From positions 5,370,001 to 5,402,000 of the forward strand of contig NC_014148.1 of NCBI RefSeq assembly GCF_000092105.1: a DNA stretch of 32,000 nucleotides. The letters are read 5' to 3'. Under the pieces are notes generated by a model. The model worked only from the letters and a program-made list of their open reading frames with translations. It had not been told where the DNA came from and ran no database searches. Below, piece by piece: positions 17,483 through 26,462 of the stretch; position 1 is the first letter of the stretch, and each line of letters opens with the position of its first letter. The position numbers were made by a program, and so were the translations under genes. Origin of the DNA: Planctopirus limnophila DSM 3776. Lineage in GTDB: Bacteria > Planctomycetota > Planctomycetia > Planctomycetales > Planctomycetaceae.

Positions 17483-18529
17483 TCATTCCGCTGGAGGAAC
17501 AATGAGAAGTTCATGTCGGCGGGTGGCTTCGTCGCGCACGAAGATGGGCCCCACTTTCACCACACAGTTGCTTCCTTCCGCAGTGACCACAGCACAATCA
17601 GGACTTGCCTGTGTGGATTTGTCAGGATAGTAGGCATGTGCTCTTTTGAGTTTAACAGGTTGCCCATTAATCTTTGGCCAGCCAAAGGTGACTTCGACAG
17701 CCGGTATGTGGGAACGGGGAATCTGCCGGGTGCTGTAGACTTCAACAAAGGCGGATTGTTTCGGCCAGAATTTGAATGTTTCACCTTCAAAGCGCAGGCT
17801 GCCGACGGTGATCTGGCAGCAGTCTTTGGTTTCGACCTCACAGGTAAACCAGGTATGAGGCTGGCCATCGATCTGTTCGGTTTTGTCTTTGCGGATCCGA
17901 TAAGTGTAGGTCCCTTTCGTCCATTCGAAAGGTCTGCGGACGCTGGCAAATTCTCCCTCGTAGCCGGCACTTTCAACGAGGCAGTCTTCGCCTGCAGTGA
18001 GTACATGATCGAGGCCGATGGGGGTCTTTTTGTCATTCGACCAGCGGGAGAAGATGGCACCCTTTCCACGAAAGACCCGCTCGCGACTCTCTTTGTTTGC
18101 CCAGCCATTGATATTGGTTTGAATGCCACCATAACACTGCATGCCGCTGATCATGGCGATTCCCATGGGGGCGATATACAGATTCATGGTGGAGGGAACA
18201 TCACGATCAATGGTGACGGTCTGTTCCAGCATTTCGAAATTCTCGGTTTCACTGGCCAGTTCCCACCAGATATTGGCGGTATGCCAAGGGAGTGAAGGCA
18301 ATTTCACTCCGGCAGCCTTGGCCATGTCAGCTGGGCTCGGTTGTTCTGCCGAGAGAGGGGGAGTTGCAACAGCCGCAGGTGCAATCGGATCACTCGCCAG
18401 GCTGTTTCCCGCACAGACTGCCATCATCAAGCCAGCGGCACCCATGACGGCCAGGGCTCGCAGGGAGTTGCCCACCAACAAAGCAGCTTTGTGTGAAAGA
18501 ACATGGTGGGTGATCGAGCGGTGGTTCAT
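17483..18529 (-). CDS. secreted hypothetical protein (possibly DUF3472-like)
   Basis: 348-codon ORF starting at ATG 18529. N-terminal hydrophobic signal (ALAVMGAAGLMMAVCAGNSLA). The segment YGGIQTNINGW...GAIFSRWSN...GYEGEFASVRRPFEWTKGTYTYRI resembles what I recall of DUF3472 domains. The family call is tentative. Confidence 0.75.
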   Translation of the reverse strand: MNHRSITHHVLSHKAALLVGNSLRALAVMGAAGLMMAVCAGNSLASDPIAPAAVATPPLSAEQPSPADMAKAAGVKLPSLPWHTANIWWELASETENFEMLEQTVTIDRDVPSTMNLYIAPMGIAMISGMQCYGGIQTNINGWANKESRERVFRGKGAIFSRWSNDKKTPIGLDHVLTAGEDCLVESAGYEGEFASVRRPFEWTKGTYTYRIRKDKTEQIDGQPHTWFTCEVETKDCCQITVGSLRFEGETFKFWPKQSAFVEVYSTRQIPRSHIPAVEVTFGWPKINGQPVKLKRAHAYYPDKSTQASPDCAVVTAEGSNCVVKVGPIFVRDEATRRHELLIVPPAE

Positions 18530-19092
18530 CGTCTTTCCGATATCAGGTGATGTTTCTCGTCAAATTCAATCTGCCGGTGTCAACGCAAATTGTCAAACAG
18601 ATTGCTGTTCTGTGCCTGGTGATTTGTGAGGCCTTGGCATCGATAGATGTTTGATCGCCGGCCAAGGATCAAGCGACCGGCAAATCATGCCCATACAACC
18701 AACAGACCTGAAGAACATCGCCCTTGTCAGCCAGACTCGCAAATCGTATGTAGCGCTTACGATCATTAATGAACATTGTTGATGGCTTGCGGACTTCGCG
18801 TCTCAGTTCCGCAAAAGGGCTTCACCAGAAATTCAGGCGATGATCGTAACCTCTTGAACTCATCGAGAAACATTATCAGTGCGTGGGCAGACCAGAGTGA
18901 GGCGAGATTGATCCGTCTCCAAGTGTGTGCGCGCGTCGATGTGGCTTGATGAAAGTTCAGAAGGTACGAAGTCGTCAGGTTGATTGGCAAGGTTTGAGCT
19001 GAAGTCTGCCGTGCCTGCGGGCCCGCACGACAGCCATCGGTTCCTTCGCTGATTGACAATGACGAATCAGTGACCAATGGAATGGTCTAAAG

Positions 19093-19812
19093 ATGGAAAC
19101 GGAATTCAAGGACAAAGGATGGCGTATGGCCCCCCGTCACCATGTGGTCATTACCGGTACAGGACGCACCGGGACGACCTTTCTTATCGAGCTTTTGACT
19201 CATCTGGGAATCAATACGGGGTTTCGCCCGGAAGACCTTTCTCGACTGAAGAACGACGTCGCCCGGGCCGGTCTGGAATATGACATCCGTGAACCCTCCG
19301 CGCCTTACTTGGTCAAGAATCCCAAGTTTGCCGAGTATGCTGCCGACGTTCTTGCCGATGCGAACATTGTCATCGAGCATGTCTTCATCCCCATGCGAGA
19401 TCTGGCTGCTGCGGCAGAAAGCCGTCGGCATGTGACTCGATCGGCTGTCGCGAAAATGCCACTCCTCAAACGTGCCAAGCGGTTTTTTCACTCGCGAGAG
19501 TTGGCAGGAGGATTGTGGAATTCGAGCAGTCTGAAGGCAGGGGCCCAGGAGCAGGTGCTGCTCGCTCATCTCTACCAGTTAGTTCTGGCCCTCGCTGATG
19601 CCAATATTCCGGTCACTTTGATCAAGTATCCGCGTCTGGTGCATGATGGAAGTTATCTCTACTCCAAGCTCAAGCCCATCCTGAACAACATCACCGAGGA
19701 AGATTTTCTTCGCGTCTACAATGTTGTCGCACAACCAGATCTGGTTCACAAATTCTCTGACACGGATCAATGGTCTGGTCACAGCTCCACAAGATCTTCG
19801 AAGGCTGCTTGA
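19093..19812 (+). CDS. sulfotransferase-family-like protein
   Basis: ATG 19093, or ATG 19126 preceded by AAGGA. VVITGTGRTGTTFL resembles the PAPS 5'-phosphosulfate-binding loop (xxRSGTT). FIPMRDLAAAAES resembles the 3'-phosphate-binding RDPxDxxxS motif. No Walker A lysine. About 230 aa. Confidence 0.6.
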   Translation: METEFKDKGWRMAPRHHVVITGTGRTGTTFLIELLTHLGINTGFRPEDLSRLKNDVARAGLEYDIREPSAPYLVKNPKFAEYAADVLADANIVIEHVFIPMRDLAAAAESRRHVTRSAVAKMPLLKRAKRFFHSRELAGGLWNSSSLKAGAQEQVLLAHLYQLVLALADANIPVTLIKYPRLVHDGSYLYSKLKPILNNITEEDFLRVYNVVAQPDLVHKFSDTDQWSGHSSTRSSKAA

Positions 19813-19854
19813 AGACCAGATCAATGCATCCCAATCAACATTGTGTATGCCTCA

Positions 19855-19897
19855 AAAACATCAATACCCGGACTCGATGTCGAATCCGGGTGTTGAT
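19855..19897 (-). terminator. 13-bp stem hairpin terminator between convergent genes
   Basis: atcaatacccgga-ctcgatgtcgaa-tccgggtgttgat (19860-19897) with one G-U pair. On the minus strand it is followed by GTTTTTGAG (plus-strand A run at 19854-19858). It lies 80 nt after the minus-strand stop at 19977 and 48 nt after the plus-strand stop at 19812. Confidence 0.6.
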
Positions 19898-19976
19898 ATG
19901 TGTGTGCCTGCAAGCCACAGCTAGATGGTCAGAGCATCTGACACAATCGCTTTGCCAAGTCGCTCACCTGCTCGAA

Positions 19977-21287
19977 CTAGTCGAGTGGCTGTGGGACCGA
20001 GTCGTTTTTCTGTCCATCGATTTTGTTTTCAGTTCCCGTCGAAATGGTGACTCCATGGATCGCTTGCCGGCTCTGGTCAACCAGTTGAGTGCGATCCTGG
20101 TGAGAACGCTGTTCGAGAATCGAACGGGCCGCTGTGCGCAGCTCTTCACCATCGAGCCGCTTGAGATTCGTCAGTTCAAAGAGTGGCTGAAGAATTTGGA
20201 CGGTGTTCCCAATCGACTTCTCCAGCAGAGATAACTGGAAGAACTGCTCGCGAAGGCTTGTGAGACTACGGATCTGACTGCCAAGTTCCTGCTGGAAATC
20301 GACGATCAACTCCAGATTCTCAGCAGCATCGGCCAGTGAATCGGTTCGCCCAGCCAGATCGCCAACCAATCGGGCGGCTCGATCAACATTGGCTTCAGCG
20401 AGAGGAAGTTGTTGCATCTCATGCAGCTTTTTCGAGACGGCCACCAGTTGCTGAGCTTCTTCAAGTGTCGCTTCAGCCGACACAGGACGATCATGCAAGG
20501 TCTGCTCGATCTGCACGAGCACGTCACTGACCCGCTGAGCCACATCCAGCTGGCTGGCGGCATCGATGAGCGACTTGTTCAATTGAGCAAACTGACCGAC
20601 AGTTCCCCTGGCGACATGCAGCATTTCTGTCTGACCAGAAAGCGATTGATACAGATTTTCCTGTTGAGCAAGAATTTCCCGGGCAGAGGCAATCAAAGGT
20701 TTCTGAGCAATGGCGGTACGCTGCAGGGACTGTGATTGCTCTAAAGCCTGCTGAGCCGAAGCGGTCGTTTTTCCGAGTTCAATCAGTTCGGATTGCATTT
20801 GATCGAGCCGGTCATAAGCCACCTGAGCCTGCTCAGCAGCAGGAGAGATTGCCACGAGATCTTTCGTCAACTTCTGCAATTTTGTGAGGCTTTGAGCCAA
20901 CTGAGCTGTCTGATTCGATTCGACCAGCATCGCCTTGTTGAGATTTTCCCACTGACGCAAAGCGACTTTGGCTTCTGTCAGGTGTTCGCGTTGCGACCTG
21001 AGTTCCGAAAGCAGGCTGGTGGTATAGCCACTGTCCACAGATTCCTGAATCAGCACTTCAACCTGCGAATTGACTGTCTTCAAATTCTGCCTCAGTGAGG
21101 CAATCTCGGCATTCATAGGCCGAGCGACAAGAAAGTGCATCCCTAACAGACCGGCTGCCACTCCCACAATCAGCATGGCCCAGGCCAAACGCTGCTGATC
21201 CTGAATCTGTTGTTCCATCGCTCTGAGTTTTCCCTGTTCCGACATATACACAATGATTTCTCCGATCATTTGATGTTGGGGCTGCAA
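19977..21287 (-). CDS. membrane-anchored coiled-coil/helical-repeat protein
   Basis: 436-codon ORF from TTG 21287, with in-frame ATGs at 21269 and 21245. One TM helix (LAWAMLIVGVAAGLLGMHFLVA) is followed by ~350 aa of Q/L/A/E-rich helices. No recognised domain. Confidence 0.7.
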   Translation of the reverse strand: MQPQHQMIGEIIVYMSEQGKLRAMEQQIQDQQRLAWAMLIVGVAAGLLGMHFLVARPMNAEIASLRQNLKTVNSQVEVLIQESVDSGYTTSLLSELRSQREHLTEAKVALRQWENLNKAMLVESNQTAQLAQSLTKLQKLTKDLVAISPAAEQAQVAYDRLDQMQSELIELGKTTASAQQALEQSQSLQRTAIAQKPLIASAREILAQQENLYQSLSGQTEMLHVARGTVGQFAQLNKSLIDAASQLDVAQRVSDVLVQIEQTLHDRPVSAEATLEEAQQLVAVSKKLHEMQQLPLAEANVDRAARLVGDLAGRTDSLADAAENLELIVDFQQELGSQIRSLTSLREQFFQLSLLEKSIGNTVQILQPLFELTNLKRLDGEELRTAARSILEQRSHQDRTQLVDQSRQAIHGVTISTGTENKIDGQKNDSVPQPLD

Positions 21288-21489
21288 CTGGGAGCATCTG
21301 CCAATCCACAGCCAATCTTTTTGCTGTGAGTTCTATCGGCACTTTTCGCCGCTCGGTTGATGGTTTGGGCAGCCTGCTCAAAGATTAACAATTACAACCA
21401 TCCCAAAAGCTGCGATGAGTCTACGAGGAGGCGATGGCGTATGATCGGGGCTCGTCTTTTCCAAATTGTCGCTGAATAAGGAGTTAGCC

Positions 21490-21990
21490 ATGACGCAGGC
21501 CTTTGGTCGATACAGCATCAGGCGGGGGAATTCTGCTGATGCTGACGTTCTTGCCGCCTTTAATGCGGCCATGGCGCTGGAGACCGAAGGGCGACAACTG
21601 GACGGGCCGACGCTCCTGCGTGGTGTGCAAATGTTGCTGGCTGATGAGCAGCGTGGAGCCTATTTTGTGGTAGAAGAATGCGCGACAAAACAGCTCGTTG
21701 GCCAGTTATTGATCACCCGGGAGTGGAGTGACTGGAGAGCCGGTGAGTTCTGGTGGATTCAGAGTGTCTACGTGCGGCCTGAAGATCGCCGGCAGGGAGT
21801 TTTTCGCCAGCTCATGCAGCATGTGGAACAAGCCGCCAGGCAAGACAGCTTATGCACAGGTCTGAGGCTGTACGTCGATGGCGACAATCAGTCGGCAAAA
21901 CAGGTCTATCAGACTCTGGGATGGTGCAAAACCCATTATCAGGTCATGGAAATCGACTGGTCAGGCTGCTCGCACGCAGTCGATGCATGA
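21490..21990 (+). CDS. GNAT family N-acetyltransferase
   Basis: ATG 21490 lies 7 nt after AAGGAG; the ORF is open from TTG 21466. GNAT motif A: IQSVYVRPEDRRQGVFRQLMQHV. Ends with NQSAKQVYQTLGW. About 166 aa. Confidence 0.85.
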   Translation: MTQAFGRYSIRRGNSADADVLAAFNAAMALETEGRQLDGPTLLRGVQMLLADEQRGAYFVVEECATKQLVGQLLITREWSDWRAGEFWWIQSVYVRPEDRRQGVFRQLMQHVEQAARQDSLCTGLRLYVDGDNQSAKQVYQTLGWCKTHYQVMEIDWSGCSHAVDA

Positions 21991-22049
21991 CAAAAGTCGA
22001 AGATGCACCTGATCACGATACTCACTCCCTTGTGAGTGATCTGACACGA

Positions 22050-22724
22050 TTAACCAAAGCTGTCAGAACCAACGGCGAGCATCTCGTGACTGTCATCGCG
22101 GCGTTTTCCGTGATGACCATTGAGATCGACCCCGGAATCATCATTAGGGGCCGAAAACAGGTCGTCAAAACGAGGCGAATCGTTCAAAGGCTGCGATCCG
22201 CGCGGTGGCTCATTGACCGAGGAGTGTTCACTGAATTTCCGACGAGAAATCCCACTCTCACTGGCTGGGGAGCCGTTTCCCGGAAATGCTGTGGATGGAA
22301 GTGAATAGCCTGGTATATCCGCATCACTATCAGCAATCGCCAGTGGCAGTTCAGAGCTGACTGGAGATGTGGCAGAGGCTCTCAGCGCTGGTGTGAAGCC
22401 TGCCGTCTCCACAATCTTGTTGTCGACAAGCTGTGGCTTGTTGTGCAGTTTGAAACCAATATCCCCGATCAGAATCTCATCGCCCAGTCGCAGCCGATGT
22501 TCTTTACGGATACGGGCTCCGTTAATGGAAACACCGTTAGTGCTTCCCAGATCGCGAATCACCCAGCGATCATTCACCTGAGCGAAGCAGCAATGCTTGC
22601 GGGAGACTTTGCGACTGTGAGTCAGCACGACATCACAATCAGCCTGACGTCCCACAAGGACAATCGACTTCTCCAGTGGAATCACTGTACCACCGGCATC
22701 GAGAGGAATCAGGAAAGCTGGCAT
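22050..22724 (-). CDS. FHA domain-containing protein
   Basis: N-terminal FHA pattern: SIVLVGRQADCDVVLTHSRKVSRKHCCFAQVNDRWVIRDLGSTNGVSINGARI...LGDEILIG. The C-terminal ~110 aa are Ser/Pro-rich and likely disordered. Confidence 0.9.
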   Translation of the reverse strand: MPAFLIPLDAGGTVIPLEKSIVLVGRQADCDVVLTHSRKVSRKHCCFAQVNDRWVIRDLGSTNGVSINGARIRKEHRLRLGDEILIGDIGFKLHNKPQLVDNKIVETAGFTPALRASATSPVSSELPLAIADSDADIPGYSLPSTAFPGNGSPASESGISRRKFSEHSSVNEPPRGSQPLNDSPRFDDLFSAPNDDSGVDLNGHHGKRRDDSHEMLAVGSDSFG

Positions 22725-23249
22725 GGCATTACCTTGTCACTGCGGACAGGACAATTTGATTCAACGATCCACCTTCCGAGGGATCTCTTCAAAATTGTCT
22801 TTGAACAAAACGATCCTGCCGGATTCCATATCCACAATTCAAAAGCCTGCCTTGGCACAGTTATAAAGCATCAATAATTTGAGAGACTTATCTATCACAC
22901 AGCGTTTGCCATGCCAATGCATTACTAAAATCGACAGATTTGTATCTTAATCCAATTCTGAAGGCTGATGACAGAGCAAACCTGCCCAGGAGATGTGATC
23001 AAAAGAGCACTAGAGAGGCAGGACCAGCTAAGCCATCGAATCCCAATGAAGTCAAGTCATCCTGCTCACGCATCAGACGGCTTAGTTCACCTACATCAGT
23101 TATCGTAGTCAATAGAGGGGCAAACGGAATGTGAATTCATGAATTCCGTAAGAAGTCGATGGATATTTCTGTCCGACAAAGCTCGACTTGCAGGCATTGA
23201 CCATTAGAGAGGCAGTACCCGAAAATTCACAGCCTGTGGTATGGTCGGC

Positions 23250-24023
23250 TCACGAACGATTTGACGAGTTGTAGATTCTGTGCAGAGCGCTGCTGAGCAG
23301 ACTGCTTCTCGGTCGGGACATTTCCTGCGAAATCCCTGAAAATGCCGTCGCGAGACGAGGCAACGGAGCCATCAAAGTGGGGGTCAGCTTCTCTACACTC
23401 TCCAGGAAATTTTCCCAGCCGGCACTCAGAACCGTCGCCAGAGGATGTGGCCTGGCAGCAAAGCTGTCGAGAAAGTCGGCCACACTGTCGCTGTCGTAAC
23501 CCCATTCCAAAGCGGTTTCATGCTTGGAACAGGTGCAGGAAATCAGAATATCGACCCATCGCTCATAGCGTTTCCGGAAGAGATTGATCTCGGAAAAACC
23601 AGAGGTTCGATCCTCTTTTTGTAAGGTCCGGTAGGCCCAGACCATCAGTTGCTGTTGTGACTGAGATAACGAGAGGACGAGTCGCTCGACAGCAATCAGA
23701 TCATCACTCAACACTGATTGATGATCGGCCACCGTGATGGATGACCAGACACGCATGATGCCATCCAACATCAGCACGTGCATCAGCAGGTCAGTCGTGG
23801 GGAGATGAGCTGCTGACGCGTACTGGCTCAAAGTATGCTCACTGGCTGTCGTGCGCACCAGCTCCGTACCCAGGGTTTTCTGAGCCTGCTTCAGTGGCAG
23901 CCAGATATTGTCAGTCATCAGCCGGCGCTGAGCTGATGGCAACAGCGTCCAGCGGAATAATGACCCCAGCAATTCTCGATACCCGGTGGAATTCAAGCTT
24001 CGCTCTACCTCATCGTCGGCCAT
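23250..24023 (-). CDS. hypothetical protein (all-helical, no family recognised)
   Basis: 257-codon ORF starting at ATG 24023. Its coding-like composition (~57% GC by spot count) contrasts with flanking spacers at ~40% GC. No motif recognised. Confidence 0.6.
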   Translation of the reverse strand: MADDEVERSLNSTGYRELLGSLFRWTLLPSAQRRLMTDNIWLPLKQAQKTLGTELVRTTASEHTLSQYASAAHLPTTDLLMHVLMLDGIMRVWSSITVADHQSVLSDDLIAVERLVLSLSQSQQQLMVWAYRTLQKEDRTSGFSEINLFRKRYERWVDILISCTCSKHETALEWGYDSDSVADFLDSFAARPHPLATVLSAGWENFLESVEKLTPTLMAPLPRLATAFSGISQEMSRPRSSLLSSALHRIYNSSNRS

Positions 24024-24260
24024 GAATCATCGATCGACATCTCAGATCATCATTCGCAGGTAGTAGAGCTTGCCGCAGAAAAAGAGCATTCGCCAGTCGA
24101 AAATCGGAGGGTGATCCGTTTTTGCTGTTGCGAGAAAACCACATCCCGGAACCAACCATTCCTTCCTGTCCACGACATGGGAAAAACACCCGTTTTTAAG
24201 GGCTGAAAGGCAGGAATAACACGACATCTCGACATCCGGAACAACTCTGATTCAAAGCGA

Positions 24261-24298
24261 CACAGGCAGCACGAGAAGAAGTTCCCGTACTGCCTGTG
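24261..24298 (-). terminator. candidate stem-loop downstream of the DUF1559 gene
   Basis: cacaggcag-(20 nt)-ctgcctgtg forms a 9-bp stem, 34 nt after the TAA at 24332-24334. The loop is large and the U tract weak (GCTTTGAATC on the minus strand). Confidence 0.35.
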
Positions 24299-24331
24299 AC
24301 GTTGAAGTGGAGCAAGAAACAGAGGGTCTTG

Positions 24332-25372
24332 TTAGAACTCGTTGACCGTCTCTCCCGAGGCACGAGTTCCTATTGCACCCCACACACCATAAGGAGATGG
24401 GCCGCTGCCAGGCGAGGTCGCATTGGGATCACCGGCACTGATGTTTTCGCTGATGAATCGCACAGCGCCATCACCCATCAACGCATGAATGCCCCCTGTA
24501 TGCCGACTGGAAGCCGTGGCGTGGCCCCAGCCACCATCGACCGTTGAGCTTTGGCAGGAAGGACCGTTGGGCCGAACAGCAGTGGCCACAAAGGCGAAGT
24601 ATGGCCGTCCATCCCAGGCACGTCCCCCCGGTGGTCGGAAATCTGTCCGCACAGCACCAGTCAAAGTACGGGTGGCAGGATCAATCAGGCTGAGACAGGC
24701 CTGAGGAGTGCTGGTTGTCACACCCACAGCCACACCACCCAGGATCGCGGTGGTATCGACACCACCCATGACAGCTTCGGCCATCATGATGGTATTGCTG
24801 GTACCGTCTGTCACATCACGCATGCCTGTATTGCTGCGGTAGGCGAACATGCCGCGAGTATTGGTGCCGTTGTTGTCGTTGAGAGTATCTCCCACACTCA
24901 CGCGATAGTTGAGCAGGCTGGGGCTTTCATTTCGATTGCCGGGTGGTACATCGGAGGGGCAGATGAAGCCGGGAACATCGACGGTAAAGTAAGCGGGTCG
25001 ATTCCAGGGATCAGCCATTCCCGCCCCGGTATTGGCCATGATCGTGTTATACAGTGGTGTCTGATCGACATACGGCAGAATGCTGATCGCGAAGGAATAC
25101 CGACGGCCCGATGTCCCTTTCATCCCATCGACACCCGCTGGCGGAAAGACGCGGAACGTGTCGTGGTAATTGTGCATCGCAATCCCCAATTGCTTGAGGT
25201 TATTGCGGCACTGAGTCCGCCGGGCCGCCTCGCGCGCCTGCTGCACAGCCGGGAGCAGCAGGGCAATCAAAATAGCGATGATCGCAATGACCACCAGCAG
25301 CTCGATCAGTGTGAATCCCGGACGACGAGCAACTCGCCCAGGACGTGCAGTGGGAAGAGTCAAGCGGTACAT
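24332..25372 (-). CDS. DUF1559 domain protein with a prepilin-type N-terminal cleavage/methylation motif
   Basis: [53 protein letters not shown] is the signature N-terminus of the large planctomycete DUF1559 family. ATG 25372 is preceded by GGAG; the ORF is open to ATG 25393. Confidence 0.9.
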   Translation of the reverse strand: MYRLTLPTARPGRVARRPGFTLIELLVVIAIIAILIALLLPAVQQAREAARRTQCRNNLKQLGIAMHNYHDTFRVFPPAGVDGMKGTSGRRYSFAISILPYVDQTPLYNTIMANTGAGMADPWNRPAYFTVDVPGFICPSDVPPGNRNESPSLLNYRVSVGDTLNDNNGTNTRGMFAYRSNTGMRDVTDGTSNTIMMAEAVMGGVDTTAILGGVAVGVTTSTPQACLSLIDPATRTLTGAVRTDFRPPGGRAWDGRPYFAFVATAVRPNGPSCQSSTVDGGWGHATASSRHTGGIHALMGDGAVRFISENISAGDPNATSPGSGPSPYGVWGAIGTRASGETVNEF

Positions 25373-25782
25373 AAAGAGCTCCAAAAAGAACATTGCCAGA
25401 ACTGGCAGGAAGTGAATGCCACAGAATGTGGCTCAAGACATGCAAACAAGATTAGGTAGCAAAGGCCCGAAGAACCTGAAATTAGACATATTGAGTCAGA
25501 GCGAAATCAACCAGTACGACATGCAGTTTCATGAAGCCAGCCGAAAAGTCACTGGCAGAGATATTGAGATTCTTATCAGTGAATTGAGTTTTTTATCGAT
25601 AGGAACTTGCAGCTTTACGGTGATGAGCGTGATCAGCCAGCCAACCCGATGTATTCTGGACAAACTCTTCAGGTTTGTCTGGATTTCCACGATCGTATTA
25701 AAGTATACTGATATCATCGGGAATGTCACCTCCAAAACTACCCCTCTCTATGGTGTTTCCACCAATTTTTGAAAGATTTCCT

Positions 25783-26325
25783 ATGTGTCTCAGAGTCAAA
25801 CCCCATCGAAACAAAGCCACACCACCTGCTGCGATCTCCACGCGGCTTCCCCACGATCTCGCTTTGAGTTTTACACCATGGATTTGTGTTTTTTTACTGG
25901 CAATCTTTGTCGCAGGTTGCGGCAGCAGAGTGGCTGTCGATTCGCGCGCCAAAGGACCTGTCACCGGTCGCGTCCTCGTTGATGGCAAACCCATTCAGGT
26001 CGAAGGAGTCGCTTTGGTGCTAATGCCCGCTGATCAATCGGCGGCCGTCACGATCCCTGTTTCCAAAGAAGGAACCTTCGAAGGACAAGCCCCCCTGGGG
26101 AGGCACTTTGTTTCGATTTCAGCAGGGCACACCCCGGATGCAGGACACGGCGAAGGCCCCAAAGTCGGTTTTGGTCCGTTGTTCCTGTCGACGGAATCTC
26201 CCCTGACAATCACGGTCGCAGAGTCGGCAACCCCTCAGGATCTCGAGGTCGGTAACGCGGCCGCCAAAAAACAGGAACCCAATCGCCGCCGACTTGGACC
26301 CGCGACCACTCCCAGAGCTCATTAA
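25783..26325 (+). CDS. small lipoprotein, possibly a carboxypeptidase-regulatory-like beta-sandwich
   Basis: Lipobox LLAIFVAGC followed by GPVTGRVLVDGKPIQVEGVALVLMP...KEGTFEG. The start is uncertain: ATG 25723, 25750 or 25783, or TTG 25864. TTG 25864 would give a normal-length signal peptide. Confidence 0.6.
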   Translation: MCLRVKPHRNKATPPAAISTRLPHDLALSFTPWICVFLLAIFVAGCGSRVAVDSRAKGPVTGRVLVDGKPIQVEGVALVLMPADQSAAVTIPVSKEGTFEGQAPLGRHFVSISAGHTPDAGHGEGPKVGFGPLFLSTESPLTITVAESATPQDLEVGNAAAKKQEPNRRRLGPATTPRAH

Positions 26326-26462
26326 TCATTCGCATCCAAGCACGGCGTCGCCTGTGAACCATCAGTACTGGCGAAGACTCCCGGCTTGTCTTACGCTGCT
26401 GCTGAAGTCTCTTGCGGACTGCCATATCGAGATTCACAGGCTCACGTCAAAGGCCAGTTGCC

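Noticed and set aside
18766-19077. 103-aa ORF on the minus strand in the 560-bp spacer.
   Set aside because: The sequence is not protein-like (Ser/Thr/Arg-rich with no hydrophobic periodicity). It has no RBS and lies in a divergent promoter region.
22828-22836. atatccaca, a one-mismatch DnaA-box-like 9-mer in the AT-rich spacer (possible origin?).
   Set aside because: It is a single imperfect box with no cluster of boxes. No dnaA/dnaN or other origin-linked genes lie nearby, and gene orientation does not switch in an origin-like way.
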